Below are positions 1-8,663 of a stretch of DNA of 64,000 nucleotides, piece after piece. How positions within the stretch are numbered: the first letter of the stretch is position 1; each line of letters begins with the position of its first letter. Under the pieces are notes generated by a model that was given only the letters and a program-made list of their open reading frames with translations, was not told where the DNA came from and searched no databases. The position numbers and the translations under genes were made by a program. Source of the DNA: Clostridia bacterium (GTDB taxonomy: Bacteria; Bacillota; Clostridia; TANB77; CAG-508); the NCBI GenBank assembly GCA_017469445.1, contig JAFUGK010000008.1, positions 1,291 through 65,290 on the forward strand, given 5' to 3'.

Positions 1-155
1 TCGTTTTCTATTTCTTCATTGCTTGACTTTAATGTATTTACCCTCAATGTAGTTGCTCTTTTAGAAGAATAACCTTCTACTATTCTTTTCACATCTTCTT
101 TACTGTATTGTTCTTCCAAAATTTCAGATAAAAATTGTGGTAATTCTTTTTTCAT
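1..155 (-). CDS. RsmB/RsmF (NOL1/NOP2/Sun) family RNA m5C methyltransferase, 5' part (runs off window)
   Basis: Own translation MKKELPQFLSEILEEQYSKEDVKRIVEGYSSKRATTLRVNTLKS...; the LRVNTLK motif is typical of the N-terminus of this family. Confidence 0.7.
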   Translation of the reverse strand, partial: MKKELPQFLSEILEEQYSKEDVKRIVEGYSSKRATTLRVNTLKSSNEEIEN

Positions 156-241
156 TTACATCATTCTTTCTTTTTAATTCTGCTTATGAAATACCATAAA
201 ACAAGTCAATTGTCAAATCAATTTTATGCCTTAATAATAAA

Positions 242-414
242 AGCAAATAATATTAAAATTTATGAAATGACGAATGTGCCGTGGAATGTTGGTGCAAATT
301 CTTAGGATATATCAAGGGAGGAAGCAGAAGTGAGAGGCTCGCTTGATATATCTTTAGAATTTGCAAAACATGTAGCAAGCCGAGGAAATTGAATAAATTT
401 TAATATTATTTGCT
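242..414 (+). repeat. Structured intergenic element family A, copy 1 (MITE-like or ncRNA)
   Basis: 22-bp terminal inverted repeat AGCAAATAATATTAAAATTTAT, nested stems; diverged reverse-complement copy at 28123-28303. Confidence 0.85.
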
Positions 415-472
415 ATATTACTTTTTTGCATAAACTTATGACAATTTTTTTCAAATTTTTTGCGATTTTTTC

Positions 473-501
473 TTTACAAATTGTGAATACTAATATAAAA
501 T
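473..501 (+). promoter_or_regulatory. Putative sigma-A promoter of tsaE operon
   Basis: TTTACA-N17-TAAAAT about 40 bp upstream of tsaE. Confidence 0.5.
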
Positions 502-540
502 TAGCATGTAAAAATATATTTTGTAAAAGTAGGTGAATTT

Positions 541-1014
541 ATGTTTAAATTTGTATCACATTCAGAAAATGAAACTATTGATTTTGCATGTAAACTTGCA
601 AGTAAATTAAAAAACGGAGATTTAATAGTTTTATCTGGCAATTTAGGATCTGGAAAAACTAGATTCACACAAGGTATTTTAAAAAATTTTGGACTAGAAG
701 ATGATATATCTAGCCCTACTTTTACTATTGTAAATGAACATCATTCTGGTAATACTAACATTTATCACTTTGATGTGTATAGATTACAGGATGAAGATGA
801 ATTCTATGCTATTGGTGGAGAAGAATATTTAAGCAATGGAATTTGCATAATTGAATGGGGCGAAATTATAGAATCTATTTTACCTAAAGATTACATTAAG
901 GTCATTTTTGAAAGAGACCCTGAAAATGAAAATAACAGAATTTTAAATTTTGAAGTACATGGAGATAGATTACTTCCAATTATTAAGGAGGTTTTTGAAA
1001 GTGAAAATACTTAG
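541..1014 (+). CDS. tsaE: tRNA threonylcarbamoyladenosine biosynthesis ATPase TsaE
   Basis: GNLGSGKT Walker A, SPTFTIVNE, HFDVYRL, IEWG motifs. Confidence 0.95.
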   Translation: MFKFVSHSENETIDFACKLASKLKNGDLIVLSGNLGSGKTRFTQGILKNFGLEDDISSPTFTIVNEHHSGNTNIYHFDVYRLQDEDEFYAIGGEEYLSNGICIIEWGEIIESILPKDYIKVIFERDPENENNRILNFEVHGDRLLPIIKEVFESENT

Positions 1015-1675
1015 TATTACAACATCAAGTAGTGTTTGCTCTGTATGTCTTTTGAATGATACTACTATTGTTAAAGAATTAAGCTTAAATAATGAAAAAA
1101 CTCATTCAGAAAACCTTATGCCTCTTGTATCAAAAATATTTGAAGAAACCGGACTTTTCCTAAACGATATAGATTATATAGCATGTGACATTGGCCCTGG
1201 TTCTTTTACTGGTATTAGAATTGGAATTGCTTCTGTTAAAGCTATGGCAGAAACCCATAATATAAAAATAATTCCAGTAAGCTCTCTAGAAGCTTTGGCA
1301 TATAACGTAGAAAATTCAGATAAATACATTTGTAGTTTAATAGATGCTAGAAATAGTAATGCTTATTCTGCATTATTTGATGAAAAACACAATATGATTT
1401 CCACATTTACTGCAGACACTGTTGATACAATTTTAAATAATCTGCCTCAAAAACCAATATGCTTTGTTGGAAATGCTGCAGAAATTTATACAGATAAAAT
1501 AACAGATATATTTAAAGAAAATGCAAATTTTGCTGAATGTAATTTATTATCATCTGCAAAACTTGGCATTTGTGCATACAGTAAAGCATTAAAAGATGAA
1601 TATGTTACAGCAGATACCCTACTACCTTTATACTTAAGGAAATCTCAAGCTGAAAGGATGTTAGAAAATGGATAA
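1001..1675 (+). CDS. tsaB: tRNA threonylcarbamoyladenosine biosynthesis protein TsaB
   Basis: HSENL, GPGSFTGIRIG, IDAR and PLYLRKSQAER motifs; GTG start at 1001 after AAGGAGG. Confidence 0.95.
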   Translation: MKILSITTSSSVCSVCLLNDTTIVKELSLNNEKTHSENLMPLVSKIFEETGLFLNDIDYIACDIGPGSFTGIRIGIASVKAMAETHNIKIIPVSSLEALAYNVENSDKYICSLIDARNSNAYSALFDEKHNMISTFTADTVDTILNNLPQKPICFVGNAAEIYTDKITDIFKENANFAECNLLSSAKLGICAYSKALKDEYVTADTLLPLYLRKSQAERMLENG

Positions 1676-2147
1676 TTTTACAGTCGATTTTATGACTTTA
1701 AAAGATTTAAATTCTATATTCCCTATTCTTTCTACAGATTTTGATGATTTTTGGAATTATAACACTTTAAAATCTGAACTTGATAAACCAGATTCTTTTG
1801 TACTTGTAGCAAAAGAAGATTCAAAAATTGTAGGATTTGCAGATATTTGGAAAGCTGTAGATATTATGCATTTAATGGATATTGTAGTTGCAAAAGATTA
1901 TAGACAAAAGCACATTGGTAGCCTTTTAATGAAAAAAGTTATTAATTTATGTACAGAAAAAAACATTTATGAATTAACTTTGGAAGTAAGGCAAAATAAT
2001 ATACCTGCCATTAATCTTTATAAAAAATTTGGATTTAAAGAAATTGGCATAAGAAAAAACTATTATGGAGCTAATAATAATGCTATTATTATGACTCTTT
2101 ACATAGATAAAAATTTTAAGGAGGAACTTTTAAGTGAAAAAAACTAA
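1668..2147 (+). CDS. rimI: Ribosomal protein N-acetyltransferase RimI (GNAT)
   Basis: LEVRQNNIPAINLYKKFGF..RKNYY motif; tsaE-tsaB-rimI synteny. Confidence 0.9.
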   Translation: MDNFTVDFMTLKDLNSIFPILSTDFDDFWNYNTLKSELDKPDSFVLVAKEDSKIVGFADIWKAVDIMHLMDIVVAKDYRQKHIGSLLMKKVINLCTEKNIYELTLEVRQNNIPAINLYKKFGFKEIGIRKNYYGANNNAIIMTLYIDKNFKEELLSEKN

Positions 2148-4539
2148 TGAATTAGATTACAAACAATTAAAAGAGGTTTGCGATCCTAAAATGTTTAAAT
2201 TTAAAACTACAGAAGAATTGGAAGGAACTAAAGAAGTTGTATATGGCCAAGAAAGAGGAATTCGAGCTCTAAAATTTGGTGTTCAAGTAGATGCCAAAGG
2301 ATATAACATTTTTGTAGAAGGTCCTTCAGGTGTTGGTAAAACTATATATACAAGAAATTATCTAAAAAAGATTTCAAAAAAGAAAAAAATTCCACACGAT
2401 TGGTGCTATATATATAATTTTGATAATCCAAATGAGCCTATAGCTGTATCTTTCCCTGCTGGACAAGGTAAAGTTTTTGAAAAAGATATGGCAGACTTTG
2501 TTAAGGATATAAAGCTAGATATTAAAAGAACTTTTGACAATGAAGATTTTGAAAAAGAAAAACAATTAATTAAGCAAGAATATGAAGAAAAAAGGACAAA
2601 GCTTCTTGAAAAATTGAATGAACAATCTATTAAATATGGTTTCCAAGTTAAATCTGCTCAAAATGGTATTTATATGATGCCTGTTTTAAATGGGAAAACA
2701 ATTGCAGAAGAAGAATTCGATAAACTAGACGAGGCTACTAAAAAGGAATTTGAAGATAAATCTAATATTGTTCAAGAGCAAATTTTTGCTGCTATTAGTG
2801 AAATTAAAGCTATAGAAAAAGAAGCAGATAAAAAAATAGATGAATGGCAATCTAATGTTGCCCTACTTACTATCAATTTACACATAAACGCATTAAAGAG
2901 CAAGTATAAAAGAAACAAAAAATTAAACAAATATTTTGATAATATAAAAACAGATATCTTAAAGAATATATCTCGTTTTACTGAAAAAGGAAAACAAGAT
3001 TCAAAACAACCACAAGGTCCACAAATAATGCAAAAGCCTGAACAAATTAAGCCTTGGTTAAATTATAGAGTTAATCTATTCATTGATAACAGTGAATTAG
3101 AAGGTGCCCCAGTTGTTATGGATACTAATTATTCATATCAAAACATATTTGGAAGGCTTGAATATGAAAATCAATTTGGAGCATTAAAAACAGATTTTAC
3201 AATGGTAAAGCCAGGGTTACTACATCAAGCAAATGGGGGTTATATAATATTCCAAGCAAAAGATTTAATATCTAATCCTGTTTGCTATGAAGAACTAAAA
3301 AAGGCCTTAACTGTTAAAGAATTAAATATAGAAAATGCTGTAGACCAGCGTACATCAATGGTTCTTGTTTCACTAAAACCAGAATCTATTCCATTAGATG
3401 TAAAAGTAATTTTAATAGGGGATTCAAATATTTACTATACCCTACTTTCACTAGATGAAGACTTTAGAAAATTATTCAAAATAAAAGTAGAATTCGAAGA
3501 GGATGCCCCTAGAACAGAAGAAAATATTATGATGCTTGCAGAATTTATTAGTGGTTTTTGCAAACGTGAAGAAATATTAGATTTAGACAGAGAAGCAATG
3601 GCAAAAATAGTAGAATTCTCTTCTAGCCTTGCTGATGATAAAAACAAAATATCTACACAATTTAATGCTATGAGTCAAATAGTTGCAGAGGCTTCTGCAT
3701 GGGCTGTAATGGATAAGAAAAAAATTGTGACAAAAGAATATATTCAAAAAGCACTAGATGAACGTATTGACAGAATTAAAAAATATGACTCTAAGTATGT
3801 AGAAATGATTAAAGAAAATACTCTTTTAATTTCAACAGATGGTAGCGAAGTTGGACAAATAAATGGTCTTACTGTTATGACTATTGGAGACTATTCTTTT
3901 GGTAAACCTTCTAAAATAACAGTTAACACTTATTTGGGCAAAAATGGACTTATAGATATACAACGTGAAATTGAACAATCTGGTTCTTCACACTCTAAAG
4001 GTGTATTAATACTAGAAGGATATTTAGGACAAACTTTTGCACAAGAATTTCCACTTTCACTAAATGCTAGTATTTGTTTCGAACAATTATATGGTGGAGT
4101 TGATGGAGATAGTGCTTCAAGTACAGAGCTATATGCCCTACTTTCTAGCTTGTCTGGTATACCAATAAATCAATCTATTGCAGTTACTGGTTCTGTAAAC
4201 CAAAAAGGCGAAATTCAGCCAATTGGTGGAATTAACGAAAAAATAACTGGATTCTATCAAATCTGCAAAATGCGCGGATTTAATAAGAAGCATGGTGTAA
4301 TAATGCCAGTTCAAAATGTTAGAAACTTACACTTATCAGATGAAATTATAGAAGATGTAAAACAAGGTAACTTCCACATTTATGCAATAAATTCAATAGA
4401 TGAAGGAATTGAAATTTTAACAGGTGTACCTGCCGGAAAGAAAAACAAAGATGGAAAATTCCCTGCTGGAAGTATAAATTACTTAGTATACGAAAAATTA
4501 AAAAAATATGCAGATTTAAGTAAAAAACAAGAGAAATAA
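2134..4539 (+). CDS. Lon-type (LonB/LonC-like, S16 family) ATP-dependent protease
   Basis: GQERG, GPSGVGKT, GLLHQANGG, catalytic DGDSAS, TGSVNQKGEIQPIGGINEKI. Confidence 0.9.
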   Translation: MKKTNELDYKQLKEVCDPKMFKFKTTEELEGTKEVVYGQERGIRALKFGVQVDAKGYNIFVEGPSGVGKTIYTRNYLKKISKKKKIPHDWCYIYNFDNPNEPIAVSFPAGQGKVFEKDMADFVKDIKLDIKRTFDNEDFEKEKQLIKQEYEEKRTKLLEKLNEQSIKYGFQVKSAQNGIYMMPVLNGKTIAEEEFDKLDEATKKEFEDKSNIVQEQIFAAISEIKAIEKEADKKIDEWQSNVALLTINLHINALKSKYKRNKKLNKYFDNIKTDILKNISRFTEKGKQDSKQPQGPQIMQKPEQIKPWLNYRVNLFIDNSELEGAPVVMDTNYSYQNIFGRLEYENQFGALKTDFTMVKPGLLHQANGGYIIFQAKDLISNPVCYEELKKALTVKELNIENAVDQRTSMVLVSLKPESIPLDVKVILIGDSNIYYTLLSLDEDFRKLFKIKVEFEEDAPRTEENIMMLAEFISGFCKREEILDLDREAMAKIVEFSSSLADDKNKISTQFNAMSQIVAEASAWAVMDKKKIVTKEYIQKALDERIDRIKKYDSKYVEMIKENTLLISTDGSEVGQINGLTVMTIGDYSFGKPSKITVNTYLGKNGLIDIQREIEQSGSSHSKGVLILEGYLGQTFAQEFPLSLNASICFEQLYGGVDGDSASSTELYALLSSLSGIPINQSIAVTGSVNQKGEIQPIGGINEKITGFYQICKMRGFNKKHGVIMPVQNVRNLHLSDEIIEDVKQGNFHIYAINSIDEGIEILTGVPAGKKNKDGKFPAGSINYLVYEKLKKYADLSKKQEK

Positions 4540-4570
4540 AAAAGAGCCATTGGCTCTTTTTTATTTCTCT
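4530..4570. terminator. Bidirectional intrinsic terminator
   Basis: 20-bp perfect inverted repeat (AAAAAAGAGCCA/TGGCTCTTTTTT core) between convergent genes. Confidence 0.8.
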
Positions 4571-6340
4571 TTAAAGAATTCCAGGATAATCTGTTTCATC
4601 TATTTCTTCTATTTTTTCTTTTTTATCCTTTGGATTCTTAAATTTATTATCGTACCTTTCTATAAATCTTTCTTTTTCTTCATCGGTCATTTCATCTACA
4701 CCATATTTTTTGTAGAATTTTACAAAAACTTTATCTTTTGAATACTCTTCTCCAAATTCTTTTTGAATATCTAATTCTATTGGTCCCAGTTGTTCCATAG
4801 CTTCTTCAGCATTAGTTTTTTCTGAGGCCACTTGTGCTTGTTTAGCAATAGGTATTATATCTTGTTTATTTATCATTTTCCCTTGATTATTTTTTTCATC
4901 TTGATTCGGATTACTTTTTAATGATTCTTCTCGGTACTCTTTATATATTCCTTTTATTACTTTAGTATATTTATCAACAATTGTTGAATTTATTTCACCA
5001 TTTTCTAATTTTTGAGATAATTTTGCATATATAGTTTTTTCTTCACTATCCAAAGTATTTATATCTTTTATAATTTCATCATCATCATCTATGGTATCAT
5101 CTATTTGTATTCCTGTATAATTCTTTATATCTTTGGTTACGATATTTTTTATTCTCCTATCAATAAGATTTACTATGTCTTTATTGTTTAATCTTTTAAA
5201 TGTACTTCCCAATTTTTCATAATTATTTATATTTATATATTTACTTATAATACTATGAATTTCGCTCTTATATGCCTTCATTAATTCCGGTGTATCTGCT
5301 AAAAAATTTTGTAACTTTACCATGCTTCTATCTTCGTTTAAACAGTATTCTAAAAACAACATAGGATCTGTTCGAATTATTGTCCCATAAATCTCAATTA
5401 TATGGTTGTTGTTACTCCTTTTCTCTTCCTTAAAATCAGATAATGAATCTCTTCTTGTTGTTGGTTCTTGATTATTATTTGCTGATATTGCTTTTTGTCT
5501 ATCTTCTACAATTTGCTTATAATCTTTAAATGTTCCATCTTCATTACATATTAGCTTTAATAATGGATATACTTTTATGTCCTCTTTTATTATATTTTGT
5601 TTTAAAGTTCTATCTGCTTCATATACTACAGGTAAGATCCTTTCTTCTGCTTTTTTAAATTCTAATTTCTCAAGATATCCATAGCCAATATTTTTACCAT
5701 AATTACGTCTTTCCCATGGATTATATTCGTTAGGGGCTTGAAGCATTTTTTCTTTTAATTCTGGCATATATTTATCAACAAACTCTTTTAAATATTCATA
5801 TGCACATACATTTGCATCATTCTCCATTATAAAATTCTTATGATTTTTTTTATACAATTCTGGTTTGTAACTTACAATATATTGTTCTTTTAGCATTACT
5901 ATGCTCAATGGATCAATATCTAAAATTTGCGATGGTTCTTTTCGAAATTGACTAAACTGGATTGCATGTCTATTTTCATGCATTGTTTGAAATATTTTTC
6001 TAAATGAACTTTGAGTAGTAGTAATAAAGCTTAATGCATACTTTATACTATTATTACTTGGATTATAATGACTATTCATTATTGTCTGAGTTGTATCAAA
6101 CTCTGCTTCTACATTATTTTTAAACTCTTTGCATATATACTTGTGACCTAATATTGTTAAAAATTGATGTTCTCTAATAGGAATTCCACTTTTATCTTTT
6201 GTCAAATTTCTACTATCAAAATCTTTTATCACTTCTTTTGTGAATTCTTTAAATTTTTCCATATCAAATTCATTAATTGGGGTATTTCGTAGTTTTTTAA
6301 TGTATTCATCTAATTCTTTTTTGGTTATTTCTTCTTTCAT
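4571..6340 (-). CDS. Hypothetical protein with zincin-like metallopeptidase motif
   Basis: 589-aa ORF with RBS AGAGGAG; HENRH (HExxH) followed by ENDAN. Confidence 0.7.
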   Translation of the reverse strand: MKEEITKKELDEYIKKLRNTPINEFDMEKFKEFTKEVIKDFDSRNLTKDKSGIPIREHQFLTILGHKYICKEFKNNVEAEFDTTQTIMNSHYNPSNNSIKYALSFITTTQSSFRKIFQTMHENRHAIQFSQFRKEPSQILDIDPLSIVMLKEQYIVSYKPELYKKNHKNFIMENDANVCAYEYLKEFVDKYMPELKEKMLQAPNEYNPWERRNYGKNIGYGYLEKLEFKKAEERILPVVYEADRTLKQNIIKEDIKVYPLLKLICNEDGTFKDYKQIVEDRQKAISANNNQEPTTRRDSLSDFKEEKRSNNNHIIEIYGTIIRTDPMLFLEYCLNEDRSMVKLQNFLADTPELMKAYKSEIHSIISKYININNYEKLGSTFKRLNNKDIVNLIDRRIKNIVTKDIKNYTGIQIDDTIDDDDEIIKDINTLDSEEKTIYAKLSQKLENGEINSTIVDKYTKVIKGIYKEYREESLKSNPNQDEKNNQGKMINKQDIIPIAKQAQVASEKTNAEEAMEQLGPIELDIQKEFGEEYSKDKVFVKFYKKYGVDEMTDEEKERFIERYDNKFKNPKDKKEKIEEIDETDYPGIL

Positions 6341-6367
6341 TTATCTTTCTCCTCTTTGTCTAATGTA

Positions 6368-6613
6368 CTAGTCATCTTTTTCTGTATTTCCAACATTTAA
6401 ATCTTTGTCTCCAAAAAATGTACAATTTATAATATTTCCATACTTGTTTTCCCAATTATTTAGTATTTTTTCCTTTTCCTCATCTGTATATCCATCTTCT
6501 AATTCATCAAGTATTCCATATAATTCAGTTTGCTCCAACATGTCAAATAAGATTCTATTTCCCTCCATGCCTATTCCCATTTTTTCATATTCTTGTATAG
6601 CACTATTCATCAA
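6368..6613 (-). CDS. Small acidic hypothetical protein (possibly frameshifted C-terminus of upstream gene)
   Basis: 81-aa ORF overlapping the stop of 6603-8453; similar to the C-terminus of 4571-6340 (TDEEKE..NK motif). Confidence 0.65.
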   Translation of the reverse strand: MMNSAIQEYEKMGIGMEGNRILFDMLEQTELYGILDELEDGYTDEEKEKILNNWENKYGNIINCTFFGDKDLNVGNTEKDD

Positions 6614-8453
6614 TTTTTTTATCTTTATCTCTATTCATAAATCTATTTAATAATCCCATCACTATTTCCTTCACGCCTTGTTTTTCCCTCGCAACCTTTT
6701 CGTTTTGGGCTACTTTTTTAACTTCTGCTGAAGTTAATTCTACTTGCTTATTTTCTCTTCTTCTATTATTAGTATCTATTAATTTTTCTATGCTATCTAT
6801 TGTTAGCTCAATTCCTAATGATTGTGATTTTTCAATTAATAACTTATTAACATTTATCCCTGTTTCTCCATTTATATATCTTAATCTTCCTGTTTTAATT
6901 TCTTCTTTTGCAACTTGTATCGCTTTTTCAATGCTACCACTATTTCTTATCTTTCTTGCTTCCCCTGTATGCTTCACATCACACAAGACTTGATAATTAT
7001 TAATAAGTTCTGTTATATCAGATATTTCTTCTACACTTCTTACTTGTTCTGAATTATTTATATCAATTTCTTGTTCAGAAACCCATTCTTCTGAAAATTC
7101 AAAACCCATTTTCCTATTTTCATGTTCTTTTAATGTAACCACAGGCGTAAAATTTTCTGGGTTTAATATATATGCATAATTAGGTTCTTTTAATATAACT
7201 CTTTTATTTCCATTTTCACTCTCTATTACTTTAAAATTATCTCCGCCATATACATAAGTATCTTTATTTAATAATATCATTCCTTCCCCCTGTTTCCTAG
7301 CCATATATGCATTTTTCCCATCAAGAGGAGTTGATGATGCAAATACCCAGTCTCCACTCTCTTCTTCATAATTGTTTGCTCTATTTTTAGAAGGAGTTAT
7401 TTTCCCATTTCTTATATTTTCTGGAGCAATATTTCTAATGTGTATTATACTTTCTTCCCTATTAATAAATAGTTCTTTTATTTCTTGCCTATATTGTTCC
7501 ATTAGCTCAAAAATAATTCTTGTTTCTGGATCTAGTTTATTTATATCTATTTTTACATTTTTATCATTATATAAATGAACTTTTTCTTTATTCTCTTTCA
7601 ATATGTTTAAAGCATTTTTGATTACTTCTGGATTTTGCTCTAATAATAATTCATTATACTTATTTTGGATTTGGCTCAATAGATTTGTCAATTCTTTTGT
7701 TTCCATCTTTATACTAGAAGCATCATCAATTCCACTTTTACCTTCTGATACTTCCTTAGCTTTATCCATTTCTATCATTTCTAATAATTTTTCTAATTCT
7801 ATTTCTTCTAATTCATATTCTCCATTAGTGTAGTCTAGCATTCTTGAATCTTTTAACATTTCTTCATAGTATCTCTCAATATATTGCTTAAAAGAAAATT
7901 CTGTTTTTGCATAACCTTCTATATTCATAAAAGGTCTATCTGTTTTTTCAATTTTACTTAATATATCATTTATATTTGTTTTACTTATTGCGTATCTAAC
8001 AATGGATTCTCTATCATGCTTTATTTCTCCTGTTTTAGTGTTTTTAACAACAACACCTTTTACTTTATCTAAACTTACAGAAGATTTTGTTTTTGGATCA
8101 GATATATCTCTTTTTGCATTTTCTTTGCGAATTTCTTCTGTTTCATCAAAAGATAAATATACTCTTGAATTTAGGTTTTCGTCTTCTTGCTGTTTAACAT
8201 CTTGTTCAAACATATCATCTAGTGATATTTCTTTATCTTCTTCATTCTCTAATAATTCATATTGATACCTGGCTTTAAAAAATGCATTAGTTACAATTAC
8301 TCCTTCCAATCCTAAAGAATATGATAATCCTAAGTTTTTAATATCATTTACTCTTTCAGAGCTTTTTCCTATCTTTGGTTTTAATGCTTTATCTTCATCA
8401 TTCATTATTGCTTTTAAATCTGGCGTCATATGATAGCACTTTTGTTTCTCCAT
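6603..8453 (-). CDS. Hypothetical protein, possibly two ADP-ribosyltransferase-like domains
   Basis: 616-aa ORF with RBS AAAGGA; YHMT..LKP..SYS and HIRN..ITPS..VFASS..YAY..EWVS motif sets. Confidence 0.65.
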   Translation of the reverse strand: MEKQKCYHMTPDLKAIMNDEDKALKPKIGKSSERVNDIKNLGLSYSLGLEGVIVTNAFFKARYQYELLENEEDKEISLDDMFEQDVKQQEDENLNSRVYLSFDETEEIRKENAKRDISDPKTKSSVSLDKVKGVVVKNTKTGEIKHDRESIVRYAISKTNINDILSKIEKTDRPFMNIEGYAKTEFSFKQYIERYYEEMLKDSRMLDYTNGEYELEEIELEKLLEMIEMDKAKEVSEGKSGIDDASSIKMETKELTNLLSQIQNKYNELLLEQNPEVIKNALNILKENKEKVHLYNDKNVKIDINKLDPETRIIFELMEQYRQEIKELFINREESIIHIRNIAPENIRNGKITPSKNRANNYEEESGDWVFASSTPLDGKNAYMARKQGEGMILLNKDTYVYGGDNFKVIESENGNKRVILKEPNYAYILNPENFTPVVTLKEHENRKMGFEFSEEWVSEQEIDINNSEQVRSVEEISDITELINNYQVLCDVKHTGEARKIRNSGSIEKAIQVAKEEIKTGRLRYINGETGINVNKLLIEKSQSLGIELTIDSIEKLIDTNNRRRENKQVELTSAEVKKVAQNEKVAREKQGVKEIVMGLLNRFMNRDKDKKIDE

Positions 8454-8470
8454 ATTTATATCCTTTCATT

Positions 8471-8659
8471 TTATATCATATTTGCAATTACTAAGAATAA
8501 TCCGCAAAGCACTACTGCAAAAATTCCAGATAAAATTACTTTTGTTGTTCCACTTAATTTTTCATTTTTCTCCAATACTAACATTCCTATTGTAAATAAT
8601 ATTGGTAATAAGATCAGACTAATTAAAAATGCATTACTAGAATATTTTAAACTTCCCAT
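8471..8659 (-). CDS. Small two-TM membrane protein
   Basis: 62 aa, two hydrophobic segments, RBS GGAGG. Confidence 0.7.
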   Translation of the reverse strand: MGSLKYSSNAFLISLILLPILFTIGMLVLEKNEKLSGTTKVILSGIFAVVLCGLFLVIANMI

Positions 8660-8663
8660 AATA

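Noticed and set aside
376-382. CAAGCCG shared between family A and the tRNA-Phe/62.8-kb motif
   Set aside because: A 7-mer alone is expected by chance in a window this size; flanks do not align
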